Virus record (IMG/VR): IMGVR_UViG_3300005841_000037
Location: 611 to 64,610 of that record
DNA length: 64,000 bases
Origin: a virus
Taxonomy: Duplodnaviria > Caudoviricetes
Direction: 5' to 3' (one strand)
In this document: positions 9,608-18,651 of the stretch, one piece after another
How positions within the stretch are numbered: position 1 is the first letter of the stretch
Layout: every line of letters begins with the position of its first letter
Notes under the pieces: generated by a model
Told to the model about the DNA's origin: nothing
The model's database searches: none
The model's input: the letters and a program-made list of their open reading frames with translations, nothing else
Made by a program: the position numbers and the translations under genes

Positions 9608-10665
9608 TGCGTATCTTGGTTACCGGTGGGGCGGGCATGATCGGCTCCCACCTCGTCGATCTCCTGCTGGCCAATGGCCACGAGGTGACCGTCTTCGACA
9701 GCTTCGCGACCGGCCGCTGGGAGAACCTCACCACCGCGTGGGGCGGGCAACCAACCCCGCCACCCTCAGGTGTCTCCATGAGCAAATTCTGGGTGCGTTC
9801 CCCGAACCGGCCACTGACCGTTCAGCCCGGCACGGTCACCTGGAGTGCCAACGTCACCGACATTATGGCCCTGGCCCGGCCGGAGGTGGTGTTCCACCTG
9901 GCCGCCCAGATCGACGTGCAAACCTCGGTGACCAACCCGGAGGTCGACGCCGACGTCAACGTCATGGGCACGCTGCGCATGCTGCAGGCGGCCGTCTCGG
10001 CCGAGGTGCGCCGGTTCGTGTTCGTCTCCTCCGCCGCCATGTTCGGCGACCGGGGCGCCCCGCGGTCGCTGCGGGCGGGCGCTGATGGCTTCCGGGCCGT
10101 CCCGATCAGCCCGTACGGGGCCAGCAAAGCCGCCGCCGCCCTCTACGTCGACCTGTACGACCGCATGGGTGCCATCGGCCACCACAGCATGACCGCGTCC
10201 ACGGTTGTCCTCAGCAACGTCTACGGGCCCCGCCAGCGGCCCAGCTTCGGCGCGGTGAACCTCTTCACGCGCAAGCTGCTGACAGGCGAGCCGGTCACCT
10301 TGTACGGCGACGGGCAGAACGTCCGGGACTACGTCTACGTCACCGACGCGGCTGCCGCGATCGCGGCCGCGGGCGGCACGCTGCAGGACACTCGCGGGCA
10401 CCTTGTCCCGCCGCTCCTCTCCGAGGGCCGCATGCTGGTCGGCACCGGCGTCGGCACCACCGACGACGCGCTGCTGACCGCGGTCACCGCCGAGGTTGTC
10501 CGGCAGGCCCGGCCCACGCCGACACACCGCCCGGCGGCGCGCATGCCCGCGCGGGCGGCCGACATCCGTTCGATGGTGTTCCCGCGGCATCCGCTGGCCG
10601 CCACGCCCCTCACGGACGGCCTCCGGCTGACCGTCGAGGCGATCCGGGGGGAGATGGGGCTGTGA
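9607..10665 (+). CDS. NAD-dependent epimerase (UDP-glucose 4-epimerase-like)
   Basis: VTGGAGMIGSH, FHLAAQ, SPYGASK, NVYGPRQ, RDYVYV. Confidence 0.9.
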   Translation: MRILVTGGAGMIGSHLVDLLLANGHEVTVFDSFATGRWENLTTAWGGQPTPPPSGVSMSKFWVRSPNRPLTVQPGTVTWSANVTDIMALARPEVVFHLAAQIDVQTSVTNPEVDADVNVMGTLRMLQAAVSAEVRRFVFVSSAAMFGDRGAPRSLRAGADGFRAVPISPYGASKAAAALYVDLYDRMGAIGHHSMTASTVVLSNVYGPRQRPSFGAVNLFTRKLLTGEPVTLYGDGQNVRDYVYVTDAAAAIAAAGGTLQDTRGHLVPPLLSEGRMLVGTGVGTTDDALLTAVTAEVVRQARPTPTHRPAARMPARAADIRSMVFPRHPLAATPLTDGLRLTVEAIRGEMGL

Positions 10666-11285
10666 CCGAACTGACTGGGGTGCCGGTGACCTTCGTCGTG
10701 CCGACCCACCCGGCCCGCGGCAACGTCAACGACCCAGGCACGCTGCTCGGTCGGGCGGTGGCCAGCATCTATGCGCAGACGGTGGAAGCGCTCGGTGGGG
10801 TATCGATCGCCTGCGACCTCAACGGCGATGGGGCGGCGGTCACCCGGCAGCGGGCCCTCGATGAGGTAACGCAGTCCTGGGTCAGCTTCCTTGACAGTGA
10901 TGATTATCTATATCCGAACCACCTGGAGACACACTGGCGTTTGATTACGGAAAACGACGCCGACGTCGCTTACAGCTGGTGGTCAGGCAATCGGCCGTTC
11001 CCGGAGTCCACCCACAGGGGCATCCCGTTCGACCCGGAGCACCCGCATCACATCACGATGACGCTGACGGTGCGCACTGAGCTGGCGAAGGCGGCCGGGT
11101 TCGGCAGCGCCCCACTGAACATGGAGTGGGCCGGGGAAGACTGGATTTTCATACTTCGCCTGTGTGAATTGGGGGCCAGGTTCGTCGGCACCGGCGAGGA
11201 AACGTGGCACTATGACGCTTCCCACGGCAAGAACACGTCCGGCCACCCGTGGCGCGGCGACGGCCCGCTGGCGCCGCAATGCTGA
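10662..11285 (+). CDS. glycosyltransferase family 2
   Basis: VVPTH, SIYAQT, FLDSDD, GEDW. Confidence 0.8.
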   Translation: MTELTGVPVTFVVPTHPARGNVNDPGTLLGRAVASIYAQTVEALGGVSIACDLNGDGAAVTRQRALDEVTQSWVSFLDSDDYLYPNHLETHWRLITENDADVAYSWWSGNRPFPESTHRGIPFDPEHPHHITMTLTVRTELAKAAGFGSAPLNMEWAGEDWIFILRLCELGARFVGTGEETWHYDASHGKNTSGHPWRGDGPLAPQC

Positions 11286-12004
11286 GCTTCGTGATCATGC
11301 GAGACCGGGTCACCTACGCCCAGCAGTGCGTACAGGCCCTCCTCGACGCCGGGCTCGACGTGGTCATCGTCGACCACGACTCCCGGTGGCCGGAGGCCAG
11401 GACGTGGCTCCGCGAGGAAATCGGCCCTGGCCCGGAGTGGCCGCGGGTGTGGCACGACTTCAACAACCATCCCCGGGACCTGTGGCGCGTCGGCGGCCCC
11501 CTCGACGGCTACCTGGGCCGCCGACCGGCCGATGAGCGCTTCGTCGTCACCGACTGCGACACGGTGCCGGACGAGTCCTGCCCGGCCGACTGGCCGGGGA
11601 TGCTGGCCACGCTGCTCGACTTCAACCCGCGTGCGGTCAAAGCGGGCCTAGGCCTGCGCACCGACGACCTCCCGGAGCACTTCGAGCACCGCGACCGGGT
11701 GCAGCGGTGGGAGGCGCGGTTTCAGCGACCGGCCGCCCCGTGGGTGATCGGCGACCACACCTTCCAGCCGCCCGCGGTGTGGGCCGACGTCGACACCACC
11801 CTCGCGATGTACCGCGGGTTCGAGACGTTCCGGCTGGGCCCGGCGATCCGCACCGCGGCGCCGTACTGGGCCCGGCACCTGCCGTGGTACGAGGACACGG
11901 CGAACCTGCCTGAGGAGCTGCGGTTCTACGCCGACCGGGCCGAGCACGGCCACTGGCGGCGGCCGGACGGCTTCACCGACACACACGCCCTGGAGGGGCC
12001 ATGA
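11279..12004 (+). CDS. GT2-like glycosyltransferase
   Basis: IVDHDS, VVTDCD, ADVDTT, ARHLPWY. Confidence 0.7.
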   Translation: MLSFVIMRDRVTYAQQCVQALLDAGLDVVIVDHDSRWPEARTWLREEIGPGPEWPRVWHDFNNHPRDLWRVGGPLDGYLGRRPADERFVVTDCDTVPDESCPADWPGMLATLLDFNPRAVKAGLGLRTDDLPEHFEHRDRVQRWEARFQRPAAPWVIGDHTFQPPAVWADVDTTLAMYRGFETFRLGPAIRTAAPYWARHLPWYEDTANLPEELRFYADRAEHGHWRRPDGFTDTHALEGP

Positions 12005-12360
12005 GCACTGTTGAAGAGCACGACTGCATCATCGACGAACTCGACGACGGCGACCGGCGCCAGGGTGCGGATGTGCTGGCCGGGATCCTGGAGGAGATCC
12101 AGCTGCACGACACCGACTACAGCCACCGGTACACGCTGGTGTTGTTCGCGGTGGCGACGGCGGTCCTGGTCGGCCTGGAGGCCGGGTTCCAGATCGACCC
12201 GGCGGAGCCCGACTACGTGGTGGCCTGCATCGAGCTGCCGACCGGTCCTGTGGGCTGGCACATTCCGGTGCACAAGCAGCCGTACGACGGCCACACGACG
12301 GAGCAGAAGTACGCTCGCGTCGGCGACTACATCAATGAGCAGGAGGCAGACCGTGGCTGA
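12001..12360 (+). CDS. hypothetical protein
   Basis: GGAGG RBS; IELPTG.VGWH..YDGHT motif. Confidence 0.7.
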   Translation: MSTVEEHDCIIDELDDGDRRQGADVLAGILEEIQLHDTDYSHRYTLVLFAVATAVLVGLEAGFQIDPAEPDYVVACIELPTGPVGWHIPVHKQPYDGHTTEQKYARVGDYINEQEADRG

Positions 12361-12772
12361 GGTCAACAAAACGCTGGGGCAGATCGCGTTCGAGGCGTAC
12401 CGCGCCGAGGTGCAGGGCGCCGCCTACGACGACAAGTCGATCCCCGAGTGGGATGACCTGCACGGCAACAAGGAGCGGGCCCACCGCGGGTGGGAGGCGG
12501 CGGCGGCCGCGATCCAGCAGCGGACGCTGACTCTCGCGGCGGTCGACGACAGCCTGGCCCGCTACCCGGAGGGTTGGACGGCCCGGGGCGGGCGCCCGTT
12601 GAAGTCGCACGCGCAGCCGCTCAGCGACTTCCTGCCGAAGATTCAGGCCGATGGCCTCCCGGAGCACATGACGCTGTCGCAGGAGCCGCAGGTGGCGCCG
12701 TGGCGGGCTGAGGTGGCCCGTGCATCGGTGCCGGTCGAGGCCGACGACGCCACGGGCGACGACGACCGCTAG
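12353..12772 (+). CDS. hypothetical protein
   Basis: AGGAGG RBS; LGQIAFEAY..W..L..GWEAAA. Confidence 0.7.
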   Translation: MAEVNKTLGQIAFEAYRAEVQGAAYDDKSIPEWDDLHGNKERAHRGWEAAAAAIQQRTLTLAAVDDSLARYPEGWTARGGRPLKSHAQPLSDFLPKIQADGLPEHMTLSQEPQVAPWRAEVARASVPVEADDATGDDDR

Positions 12773-12915
12773 GCGCCGGGGTAGACGCCGATGGCGAGGC
12801 CCAGGCCGATCAGGGCAAGGGTACCGGCGAGCAGGCGCAGCCGGAGAACCTCCGGCACGAAAAAGCAGATGCCCGCCAGGATGGCGGCCACGAGGAAGCA
12901 CAGAAAAGCGATCAC
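12769..12915 (-). CDS. 48-aa two-helix membrane protein (below ORF-track cutoff)
   Basis: MIAFLCFLVAAILAGICFFVPEVLRLRLLAGTLALIGLGLAIGVYPGA with GC-rich third positions. Confidence 0.6.
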   Translation of the reverse strand: MIAFLCFLVAAILAGICFFVPEVLRLRLLAGTLALIGLGLAIGVYPGA

Positions 12916-12943
12916 GCCCCGGGGATACCCTCGGGGCGTGATC
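12910..12943. terminator. GC-rich hairpin
   Basis: GATCACGCCCCG...CGGGGCGTGATC. Confidence 0.5.
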
Positions 12944-12957
12944 TATTAACGGGGAGG

Positions 12958-13437
12958 TCAGACGTGCGCAGCAGCGTGCAGGCCGCACCGTGGGCACCGC
13001 TGGATTTCAGCTACCCAGCGCTGCCCGCAGGGAACCGGCTGCTCAAGCTCGGCTAGCGTCGGCTGGTAGGCGCTATCGTCGCCCTGCGCCGCCCGGACGG
13101 TGGCGGGGGCGGTGCACTTCATGCAGCCCCCGACCTTCAGCGCGGGGCAATTGGTGCGGATGTGCGCCGGGGCGCGCTCAGCCGCCTCGTCCAGCGCCTG
13201 GGAGTGTGCCTGCTCGATCGCAGCGGGCAGGATCGCCAGGATCATCTCAGGCCCGCCAAGCGTGCCGTCAAGGGCCGCCGGGTGTCCCTGGCGAGCCGCG
13301 GCCACCCGGCGGCGTGAGTCCTCGCGGTACGCCTCGGTCTCGGCGGCGGCCACGTCAACCACGGCCTTGATGCCGATCTCCCGGGCGATGTTGCGCAGCT
13401 CAGTGATGCCGTATCCGCCGAACGTCGTGCGGGCCAT
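12958..13437 (-). CDS. hypothetical cassette gene with C-terminal Cys motifs
   Basis: GGAGG RBS, ATG, downstream of promoter at 13482-13511. Confidence 0.7.
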   Translation of the reverse strand: MARTTFGGYGITELRNIAREIGIKAVVDVAAAETEAYREDSRRRVAAARQGHPAALDGTLGGPEMILAILPAAIEQAHSQALDEAAERAPAHIRTNCPALKVGGCMKCTAPATVRAAQGDDSAYQPTLAELEQPVPCGQRWVAEIQRCPRCGLHAAAHV

Positions 13438-13481
13438 GGTTGCCTCCGAAGCTCCGGCGGGCCGTTCCCGCCAACAAGGCA

Positions 13482-13511
13482 ACACTAGCAAACTGTCACA
13501 CGATGTGTCAA
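13482..13511 (-). promoter_or_regulatory. phage promoter/operator
   Basis: TTGACA-catcgtgtgacagtttgc-TAGTGT (18-bp spacer). Confidence 0.8.
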
Positions 13512-13700
13512 CTATCGCCCGTGACGGCGCCGGGTGCGGGCAGCTTTCCTGGCCATGCGGACCCGGCCGACTCGGAGGCGTCCGGCGTTGGCGATGCGGG
13601 CCGCCTTGCTCTTGCTGGCGCCCTTGCGGCGCAACGCCCGGTACACGTTCTGCCGGGACCGGACCACGTAGCCGTATTTGCCGCCCCTGTCACTGACCAC
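13512..13700 (-). CDS. small very basic protein, paralog A
   Basis: GGAGG-8nt-GTG; YRALRRKGASKSKAARIANA. Confidence 0.7.
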   Translation of the reverse strand: MVSDRGGKYGYVVRSRQNVYRALRRKGASKSKAARIANAGRLRVGRVRMARKAARTRRRHGR

Positions 13701-13730
13701 GGCAACCACCTCCGCCACCACGGTACTCAC

Positions 13731-13765
13731 GACAAAGCCCCCGGCAACAGTGCCGGGGGCTTGCG
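13731..13765 (-). terminator. intrinsic terminator
   Basis: AAGCCCCCGGCA-ctgt-TGCCGGGGGCTTTGT. Confidence 0.7.
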
Positions 13766-13775
13766 TTCGAGGCGA

Positions 13776-13997
13776 TTAGCGGAGGCTGATCGGCGCCGCT
13801 GGGTCGCACTGCACGAGCCAGACGTTGGGGCGCCGGGTGGGGACGCCACAGCGGATCACGCTGGAGATCCAGATGCCCGCCGTGCGGCCGTCCTTAGCGA
13901 GCTGGACCCGGACAACTCGCGCATCGCCGGGGGCGGCGAAGTGGCCGTGCACGGCGGCGAGTGCGGCACCCTTGGTCAGATCGGCAACGGTAAGCAT
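13776..13997 (-). CDS. hypothetical cassette gene
   Basis: GGGAG RBS, ATG, 73 aa after promoter. Confidence 0.65.
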   Translation of the reverse strand: MLTVADLTKGAALAAVHGHFAAPGDARVVRVQLAKDGRTAGIWISSVIRCGVPTRRPNVWLVQCDPAAPISLR

Positions 13998-14026
13998 TTC
14001 GGTCTCCCTCGCTCGGTGGTGAGACC

Positions 14027-14056
14027 ACTCTAGCAAACTGTCACACGGCGTGTCAA
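14027..14056 (-). promoter_or_regulatory. phage promoter/operator
   Basis: TTGACA-cgccgtgtgacagtttgc-TAGAGT. Confidence 0.8.
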
Positions 14057-14057
14057 G

Positions 14058-14306
14058 TTACCGGCGGCGGCCGCGTGCCTTCCGGGTGCGACTAGCCTTG
14101 CGGGCCATTCGGCTACGCTGCGAAAACGTCCTGCCACCGTTCGCAATGGCCGCCGCGACACGCTTGGACTTGCCCTTCCGGCGCAGGGCCTTATATGCCC
14201 GCTGCCTGGAGGGATAGACGAAACCGAATCGACCACCGCGCGCGCTAACGATCTTGACCGCCCCTCTCTCACTCCAGGGTATGCACGACAAAGCCCCCAG
14301 CACCAT
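14058..14306 (-). CDS. small very basic protein, paralog B (start uncertain)
   Basis: IVSARGGRFGFVYPSRQRAYKALRRKGKSKRVAAAIANG aligns with 13512-13700. Confidence 0.55.
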   Translation of the reverse strand: MVLGALSCIPWSERGAVKIVSARGGRFGFVYPSRQRAYKALRRKGKSKRVAAAIANGGRTFSQRSRMARKASRTRKARGRRR

Positions 14307-14321
14307 GCTGGGGGCTTTGTT
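14287..14321 (-). terminator. intrinsic terminator
   Basis: ACAAAGCCCCCAGCA-tgg-TGCTGGGGGCTTTGT. Confidence 0.7.
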
Positions 14322-14329
14322 CGGGCGGG

Positions 14330-14632
14330 TCAGGCGTTGGCTGCCAGCCAGGCCAGGCCCGCGTCGGTAACCACGACCGGGGAGTTGCCCTCCGGCTTCT
14401 CGTGGGCCAGCAGCCCGGCCGCTACGAGCCGCTCGGCGGGGGCGGTGCAGACGACATCCCGGCTGCGGTCTTGCGGGCGGGTGTAGCGCTGCGCCCGGCT
14501 GGCCTGACTGTTCGTGTCGTTGTGCCGGGCGGTCCAGAACCACACGATGCCGCGGGAATCGGTGGCCTTGTTCGCCACCCAGGTCAGCAGCTGGCGGTCG
14601 GTCCTGTGGAGCTTGATCGTGGTGTCCGGCAT
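14330..14632 (-). CDS. hypothetical cassette gene (possible winged helix)
   Basis: AAGGAG RBS; L..AGLL...VVTDAG C-terminus. Confidence 0.65.
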   Translation of the reverse strand: MPDTTIKLHRTDRQLLTWVANKATDSRGIVWFWTARHNDTNSQASRAQRYTRPQDRSRDVVCTAPAERLVAAGLLAHEKPEGNSPVVVTDAGLAWLAANA

Positions 14633-14661
14633 GTGGGGCTCCTTCGCTTGGTGGAGACACC

Positions 14662-14691
14662 AACATAGCAAACTGTCACACGGTGTGTCAA
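14662..14691 (-). promoter_or_regulatory. phage promoter/operator
   Basis: TTGACA-caccgtgtgacagtttgc-TATGTT. Confidence 0.8.
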
Positions 14692-15072
14692 CTACGCTCA
14701 GACGGCGGCCCGGTCATCTACGCTTCCAGTGTGGGTATCCCCCTGCTCCGGCATGTCCTGGCCCTCCTCGACGAGCGTGACCGCCGGTACGAGGAGCGCT
14801 TCCGGGCGTCCCAGGAAGCGCTCCGCACCGCCCTCGACGCCACGGAGCGCCGGTTCCAAGGCGTCAACGAGTTCCGGGCCACCCTGTCCGATCAAGCGGC
14901 CACGTTCGCCACCCGCGACCAGGTGGAAGCGCTGCGCGAGATCGTCACCGCACTGACCGGCCGGATCGAGCGGGCCGAAGGCAGCCGGGCCGGGCTGTCG
15001 ACCGGGTGGGCGGTGCTGATCGGGGTGCTCACCGTCGGAGCGGTCATCGTCGGCCTGCTCACCCGCGGCTGA
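14683..15072 (+). CDS. coiled-coil protein with C-terminal TM helix (start uncertain)
   Basis: ERDRRYEERF..VNEFRATLSDQ..; hydrophobic C-terminus. Confidence 0.6.
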   Translation: MCQLRSDGGPVIYASSVGIPLLRHVLALLDERDRRYEERFRASQEALRTALDATERRFQGVNEFRATLSDQAATFATRDQVEALREIVTALTGRIERAEGSRAGLSTGWAVLIGVLTVGAVIVGLLTRG

Positions 15073-15076
15073 GCGG

Positions 15077-15580
15077 TCACGCGTTGTAGATGAGCCGCAG
15101 CCGCCTGAATTCACCCTCGCCGTCGAGGGTGAACCGCGCCAGCGGCCACTCCGGGGCGGGGTCGTCCGGGCGGAAGTACGTTGCAAGCCCCGTCGTCATC
15201 TGCACGTCCAGAATGCCCGCCCGTCCCTCGATCAGGACCCCCGGCGTCCGGTTGAACCCGATACGGACCGTCTGATACGCGGCCAGCGGCGCCGAGATGG
15301 CCGGGTTGAAGAGCACGTTGCCCAGATCGGGGGTCATCGGGGTGGTGATTTCGACCTCCCAGCCGTACTGGTACTCCGGCCATGACCGCGTGATCGTTTC
15401 GGCCATGCTGGCGCAGTTCAGCTCCCACGTCTCGTAGGGCTTCGGCCTCCGGAGCTTGCAGACGCCCCGTAGCACCACCCGCGGGTAGGACCGCAGCACC
15501 ACCCCGCAGGGGCGCTGGAACTCCCCGGGCTTGAGCCCGGCCGACCAGCCGAGGTCCGGGGTCCGCCACGTAACCCTCAT
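15077..15580 (-). CDS. hypothetical protein
   Basis: GGAGG RBS; overlaps stop of the RuvC-like gene. Confidence 0.6.
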   Translation of the reverse strand: MRVTWRTPDLGWSAGLKPGEFQRPCGVVLRSYPRVVLRGVCKLRRPKPYETWELNCASMAETITRSWPEYQYGWEVEITTPMTPDLGNVLFNPAISAPLAAYQTVRIGFNRTPGVLIEGRAGILDVQMTTGLATYFRPDDPAPEWPLARFTLDGEGEFRRLRLIYNA

Positions 15581-16188
15581 CGCATTCCCTCCGGCAGCAC
15601 CAGTGCCTCCAGGGCCCGCTCCCGGAACGGGGTGACCTCGACCAGGGGGGAGCCGACGAGGTGGCAGGCGATGGTGCACAGCACGGCCGCGTCGGCCCGG
15701 TTGTCGTCGAGGGAGGCGAGGACATTGCCTCGCTTGCCGGTCTTGTTGATCTGGAACTGCGGAAGGTCGCGCTGCACGGAGGCGATGACCTCCCGCTTGT
15801 TCGCCGACCCGTTGCCGTAGGCGTACAGCTTCACCGTGGTCGGGGGGACGACGACGAGCGGGGTGCCGTAGCCGCCGATGAGCCGGACGGTCTCGAACCA
15901 CAGGTAGCAGCGTTCGGCGTCGACCCTGGTGCCGGACGTCGGCAGGCCTTCGATGGCGACGAGGGCGGGCGCCCAGCCGTCCCATTCGGTCCGGCGCTCC
16001 CGGGTCTTGTTGTCGAGCCGCTCGGCCAGTTCGCGGAGCCGCTCGGCCCGGCTGAGGTGGGGCAGCCGCGGGCTGGTGAGTCCGGCCTCCCCGGTGACCT
16101 GGGTTTCGCCGTCGGGCCAGGCGAAGGCGCTGGCGGTGATGGACAGGTCGAGGCCGACGACGTGCGGCAGGGACTGGGTGGTGGTCAC
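15577..16188 (-). CDS. RuvC-like Holliday junction resolvase
   Basis: VVGLDLS, VAIEG, VKLYAYGNGSANK, DDNRADA. Confidence 0.85.
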   Translation of the reverse strand: MTTTQSLPHVVGLDLSITASAFAWPDGETQVTGEAGLTSPRLPHLSRAERLRELAERLDNKTRERRTEWDGWAPALVAIEGLPTSGTRVDAERCYLWFETVRLIGGYGTPLVVVPPTTVKLYAYGNGSANKREVIASVQRDLPQFQINKTGKRGNVLASLDDNRADAAVLCTIACHLVGSPLVEVTPFRERALEALVLPEGMR

Positions 16189-16259
16189 GGAGGTCCTTCC
16201 GGGGGAACGGGGGCGGCCCGCCCGGCGGGGTGCCGGGCGGGCCAAGGTGGCGGGCGGTG

Positions 16260-16457
16260 TCACGACCGGCCGTCGAACAACTCGCGGAGCCGAGGGATGG
16301 CGTTCGCGGCACCCGGGGTGATCAGGGCCAGGCCTTCGGCAAAGCCCTGGATGCTGGCCAGCCGCAGTATCAGCTCCTGTCGCGCCTCGTACGCCTCGGG
16401 GTCGCCGTCACGGTCGTGGGCGTGCCAGCGGTCGATGAGGGTCATCAGGGAGTCCAT
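16260..16457 (-). CDS. hypothetical protein
   Basis: CCACCAC-GAAAGG leader, ATG, 65 aa. Confidence 0.6.
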   Translation of the reverse strand: MDSLMTLIDRWHAHDRDGDPEAYEARQELILRLASIQGFAEGLALITPGAANAIPRLRELFDGRS

Positions 16458-16485
16458 CGGGTGCCTTTCGTGGTGGTGGGGCTCA

Positions 16486-16689
16486 TCATGCCCGGCCGCC
16501 GCCATGGCCGCGGGGGCGGCCAACGTGGTACGTCTCGCACCAGCCGCAGCGGAAGACCTTGCGCTTGGTGATGTTCGTGGTACCCCGGTAGATCTTGGCT
16601 CGGAGGTCGCGGCCTTCACGCCTGGTCTGGCACATGATCTTGCCGGTGACGGGGCAGCGTTCGCGCTGCGGCCGCACGGCCGCGGTCAT
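16486..16689 (-). CDS. small Zn-binding protein
   Basis: CP.TGK..VFRCGWCETYHVG. Confidence 0.65.
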   Translation of the reverse strand: MTAAVRPQRERCPVTGKIMCQTRREGRDLRAKIYRGTTNITKRKVFRCGWCETYHVGRPRGHGGGRA

Positions 16690-17702
16690 TTTCCGGCTCG
16701 CAGGGCGGCTTCGATGCGGTCGAGCCTCGCCAGCGTTTCGCGCCGGTCATCGGCGGGGTACAGGCCGATCGTGCGGCGCAGGCTGGCGACGTCGGCCAGG
16801 GCGGCCGCCGCCCGGTCGGAGATGCCGGTGCGGGCCTCGGCCGGGGTGTTCGCGATGGCCTCCGCGACGTCGTCACGGCGGCGCAGCTCGTCCGGCGTGT
16901 GCCAGTCGAACCCGTCCCGGTTCCAGTTGACCTTGATCTGACCAAATTTGTCGTCGACAAGCTCAATCCACCCGGTGTTGCCGTCGGCGTCGAGCACGGC
17001 CTCCCCGGTGGCCAGCGGGCGGGCCCGGTACTCGTCGAGGGCCTCAGCGTGCAGTAGCTCCAGGGCGCCCTTGTAGCTCTTGGCCTTCCGGACAGCAGCA
17101 ATGAAGTGCTGGTAGGCGGGGGTGGCCTGGGTGGCCTGCTGCTCCGCGATCTCCTGCTCGGCGACGACGTCGGCGTGCGCCCGGTCGCGCTCCACCCGGT
17201 CCGCGGCGGCGCGGGCCTCCACGAAGGTGCCACCCGCGCTGTGCTTGGTTCGCTGACCGGCCACGATGTACCAGAAGCGAAAGCCGCCCTTAACGATTTC
17301 GACCGGCTGGCCGTTGCGGCCAATACGGTAGTGAACTTCGTTATTCTCGGCGTCGGTGACCTGTACCCAGCGCTCCGGGTCGGCGTCGTGCGCGGCCCGC
17401 TCGGCCTCACGGCGAGCATTCTCAGCGTACGCAGCCTCTTCGACCTGTTCGGGGGTGGTGGCGGGCATGTGCACGCCACGCGTGTTCCGGGTCTCGCGGA
17501 GGATACCGCGGTCCATCAGCGCCACGTAGGTGCCGACCCGGCCGCCGTCGCGGATCGGGTCCAGGTGGCCGCGCTGGTTGAGTGCCCGAACCAGCGACAG
17601 CATCGGCTTCGTCAAGGTGACGTGCTTGCCGAGGACGGCGCTGTACACGCGACCGGTGTTGGCGGTCCTGCCCGGGTAGATCGGGAACAGTTCCTGCTGC
17701 AC
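16686..17702 (-). CDS. hypothetical cassette gene, 338 aa
   Basis: AAGGAGG RBS + GTG after promoter at 17730-17759. Confidence 0.75.
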   Translation of the reverse strand: MQQELFPIYPGRTANTGRVYSAVLGKHVTLTKPMLSLVRALNQRGHLDPIRDGGRVGTYVALMDRGILRETRNTRGVHMPATTPEQVEEAAYAENARREAERAAHDADPERWVQVTDAENNEVHYRIGRNGQPVEIVKGGFRFWYIVAGQRTKHSAGGTFVEARAAADRVERDRAHADVVAEQEIAEQQATQATPAYQHFIAAVRKAKSYKGALELLHAEALDEYRARPLATGEAVLDADGNTGWIELVDDKFGQIKVNWNRDGFDWHTPDELRRRDDVAEAIANTPAEARTGISDRAAAALADVASLRRTIGLYPADDRRETLARLDRIEAALRAGK

Positions 17703-17729
17703 GGGGGCCTCCTTGTTGGTGGAGACCCC

Positions 17730-17759
17730 AGATTAGCAAACTGTCACATGGTGTGTCAA
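17730..17759 (-). promoter_or_regulatory. phage promoter/operator
   Basis: TTGACA-caccatgtgacagtttgc-TAATCT. Confidence 0.85.
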
Positions 17760-18098
17760 CTACTCGGGCAGGAGGGTCTTCCCGGTCGTCGTCGGCCACG
17801 ACACCACCGGCGAAGGCAAAGCGACCGCCTCAGCGACCGCCTGCGCCTTCTCCGCCTCGGCGACGTCGACCGGGGTCAGCGACACGCCGCGGGCGTCCTG
17901 CGGGTCGCTCAGCGGCGTCACCGTGTTCTGTACGAGAACGGCACCACCGGCGGTGATGATGGCGCCGATGAGGGCCACCCAGCCGATGACGTTCTTCGGC
18001 AGGAGGTCGGTCACCCCGGCGTAGCCGAGGAAAGCGCCGAGGGCCGCGGTGAACGCCCCGTACAGGACGACGGGCCGCGGGCGGGAAGTCGAGGTCAT
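17760..18098 (-). CDS. holin
   Basis: Two TM helices then VTP..DP.D motif; lysis-module position. Confidence 0.7.
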   Translation of the reverse strand: MTSTSRPRPVVLYGAFTAALGAFLGYAGVTDLLPKNVIGWVALIGAIITAGGAVLVQNTVTPLSDPQDARGVSLTPVDVAEAEKAQAVAEAVALPSPVVSWPTTTGKTLLPE

Positions 18099-18180
18099 GG
18101 AGCCCTCCAGGGCGGTGGGGCGATCGGGGCGGGGCGACGGGTATCGCGACGCGGACGGCAAGTCGAGGGGCCAGGAATGG

Positions 18181-18645
18181 TTAGTCGCCTGATTGTGCGT
18201 CCCGGGCCCGCCGGTCGCCAAGAGCCTGCAGCCGATACCGCCACCACACGATCCCGGCGAATGTGCACGAGCCGAGGAACAGGGCCTCTTCCAGGCCCGG
18301 CCAGTCGCCGAAGATCCGGCGGCTCAGGGCCAGGGTGAACAGGGCTTCCAGGCACAGCATGAACGCCATGACGTGCCGCCCCCACGGGTGGGAGTTCCAG
18401 TCGGTGCGGACATAGCGCAACAAAAACGCCAGGCCGCCGACGTCGGCGACGGCGTACGCGTAGAGGGTCAGGTCCGGCAGGATCGGCTTCGCCAGGTGGG
18501 CAACGAACAACCCGGCGATGTAGCTGGCCATGAGGATGAGCGGGCCGATCCAGCTGGAACGCCGGTGTTTCCGCGGGAACAGCGCGGGACGGCGCGGGGG
18601 AAACTGTCCGGCCGCCGGTGGGGTGGTGATGTCGTCGGCGGCCAT
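18181..18645 (-). CDS. multi-pass membrane protein (holin-like)
   Basis: About 4 hydrophobic segments; W..HPWGRHVM motif. Confidence 0.65.
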   Translation of the reverse strand: MAADDITTPPAAGQFPPRRPALFPRKHRRSSWIGPLILMASYIAGLFVAHLAKPILPDLTLYAYAVADVGGLAFLLRYVRTDWNSHPWGRHVMAFMLCLEALFTLALSRRIFGDWPGLEEALFLGSCTFAGIVWWRYRLQALGDRRARDAQSGD

Positions 18646-18651
18646 GGCGCC

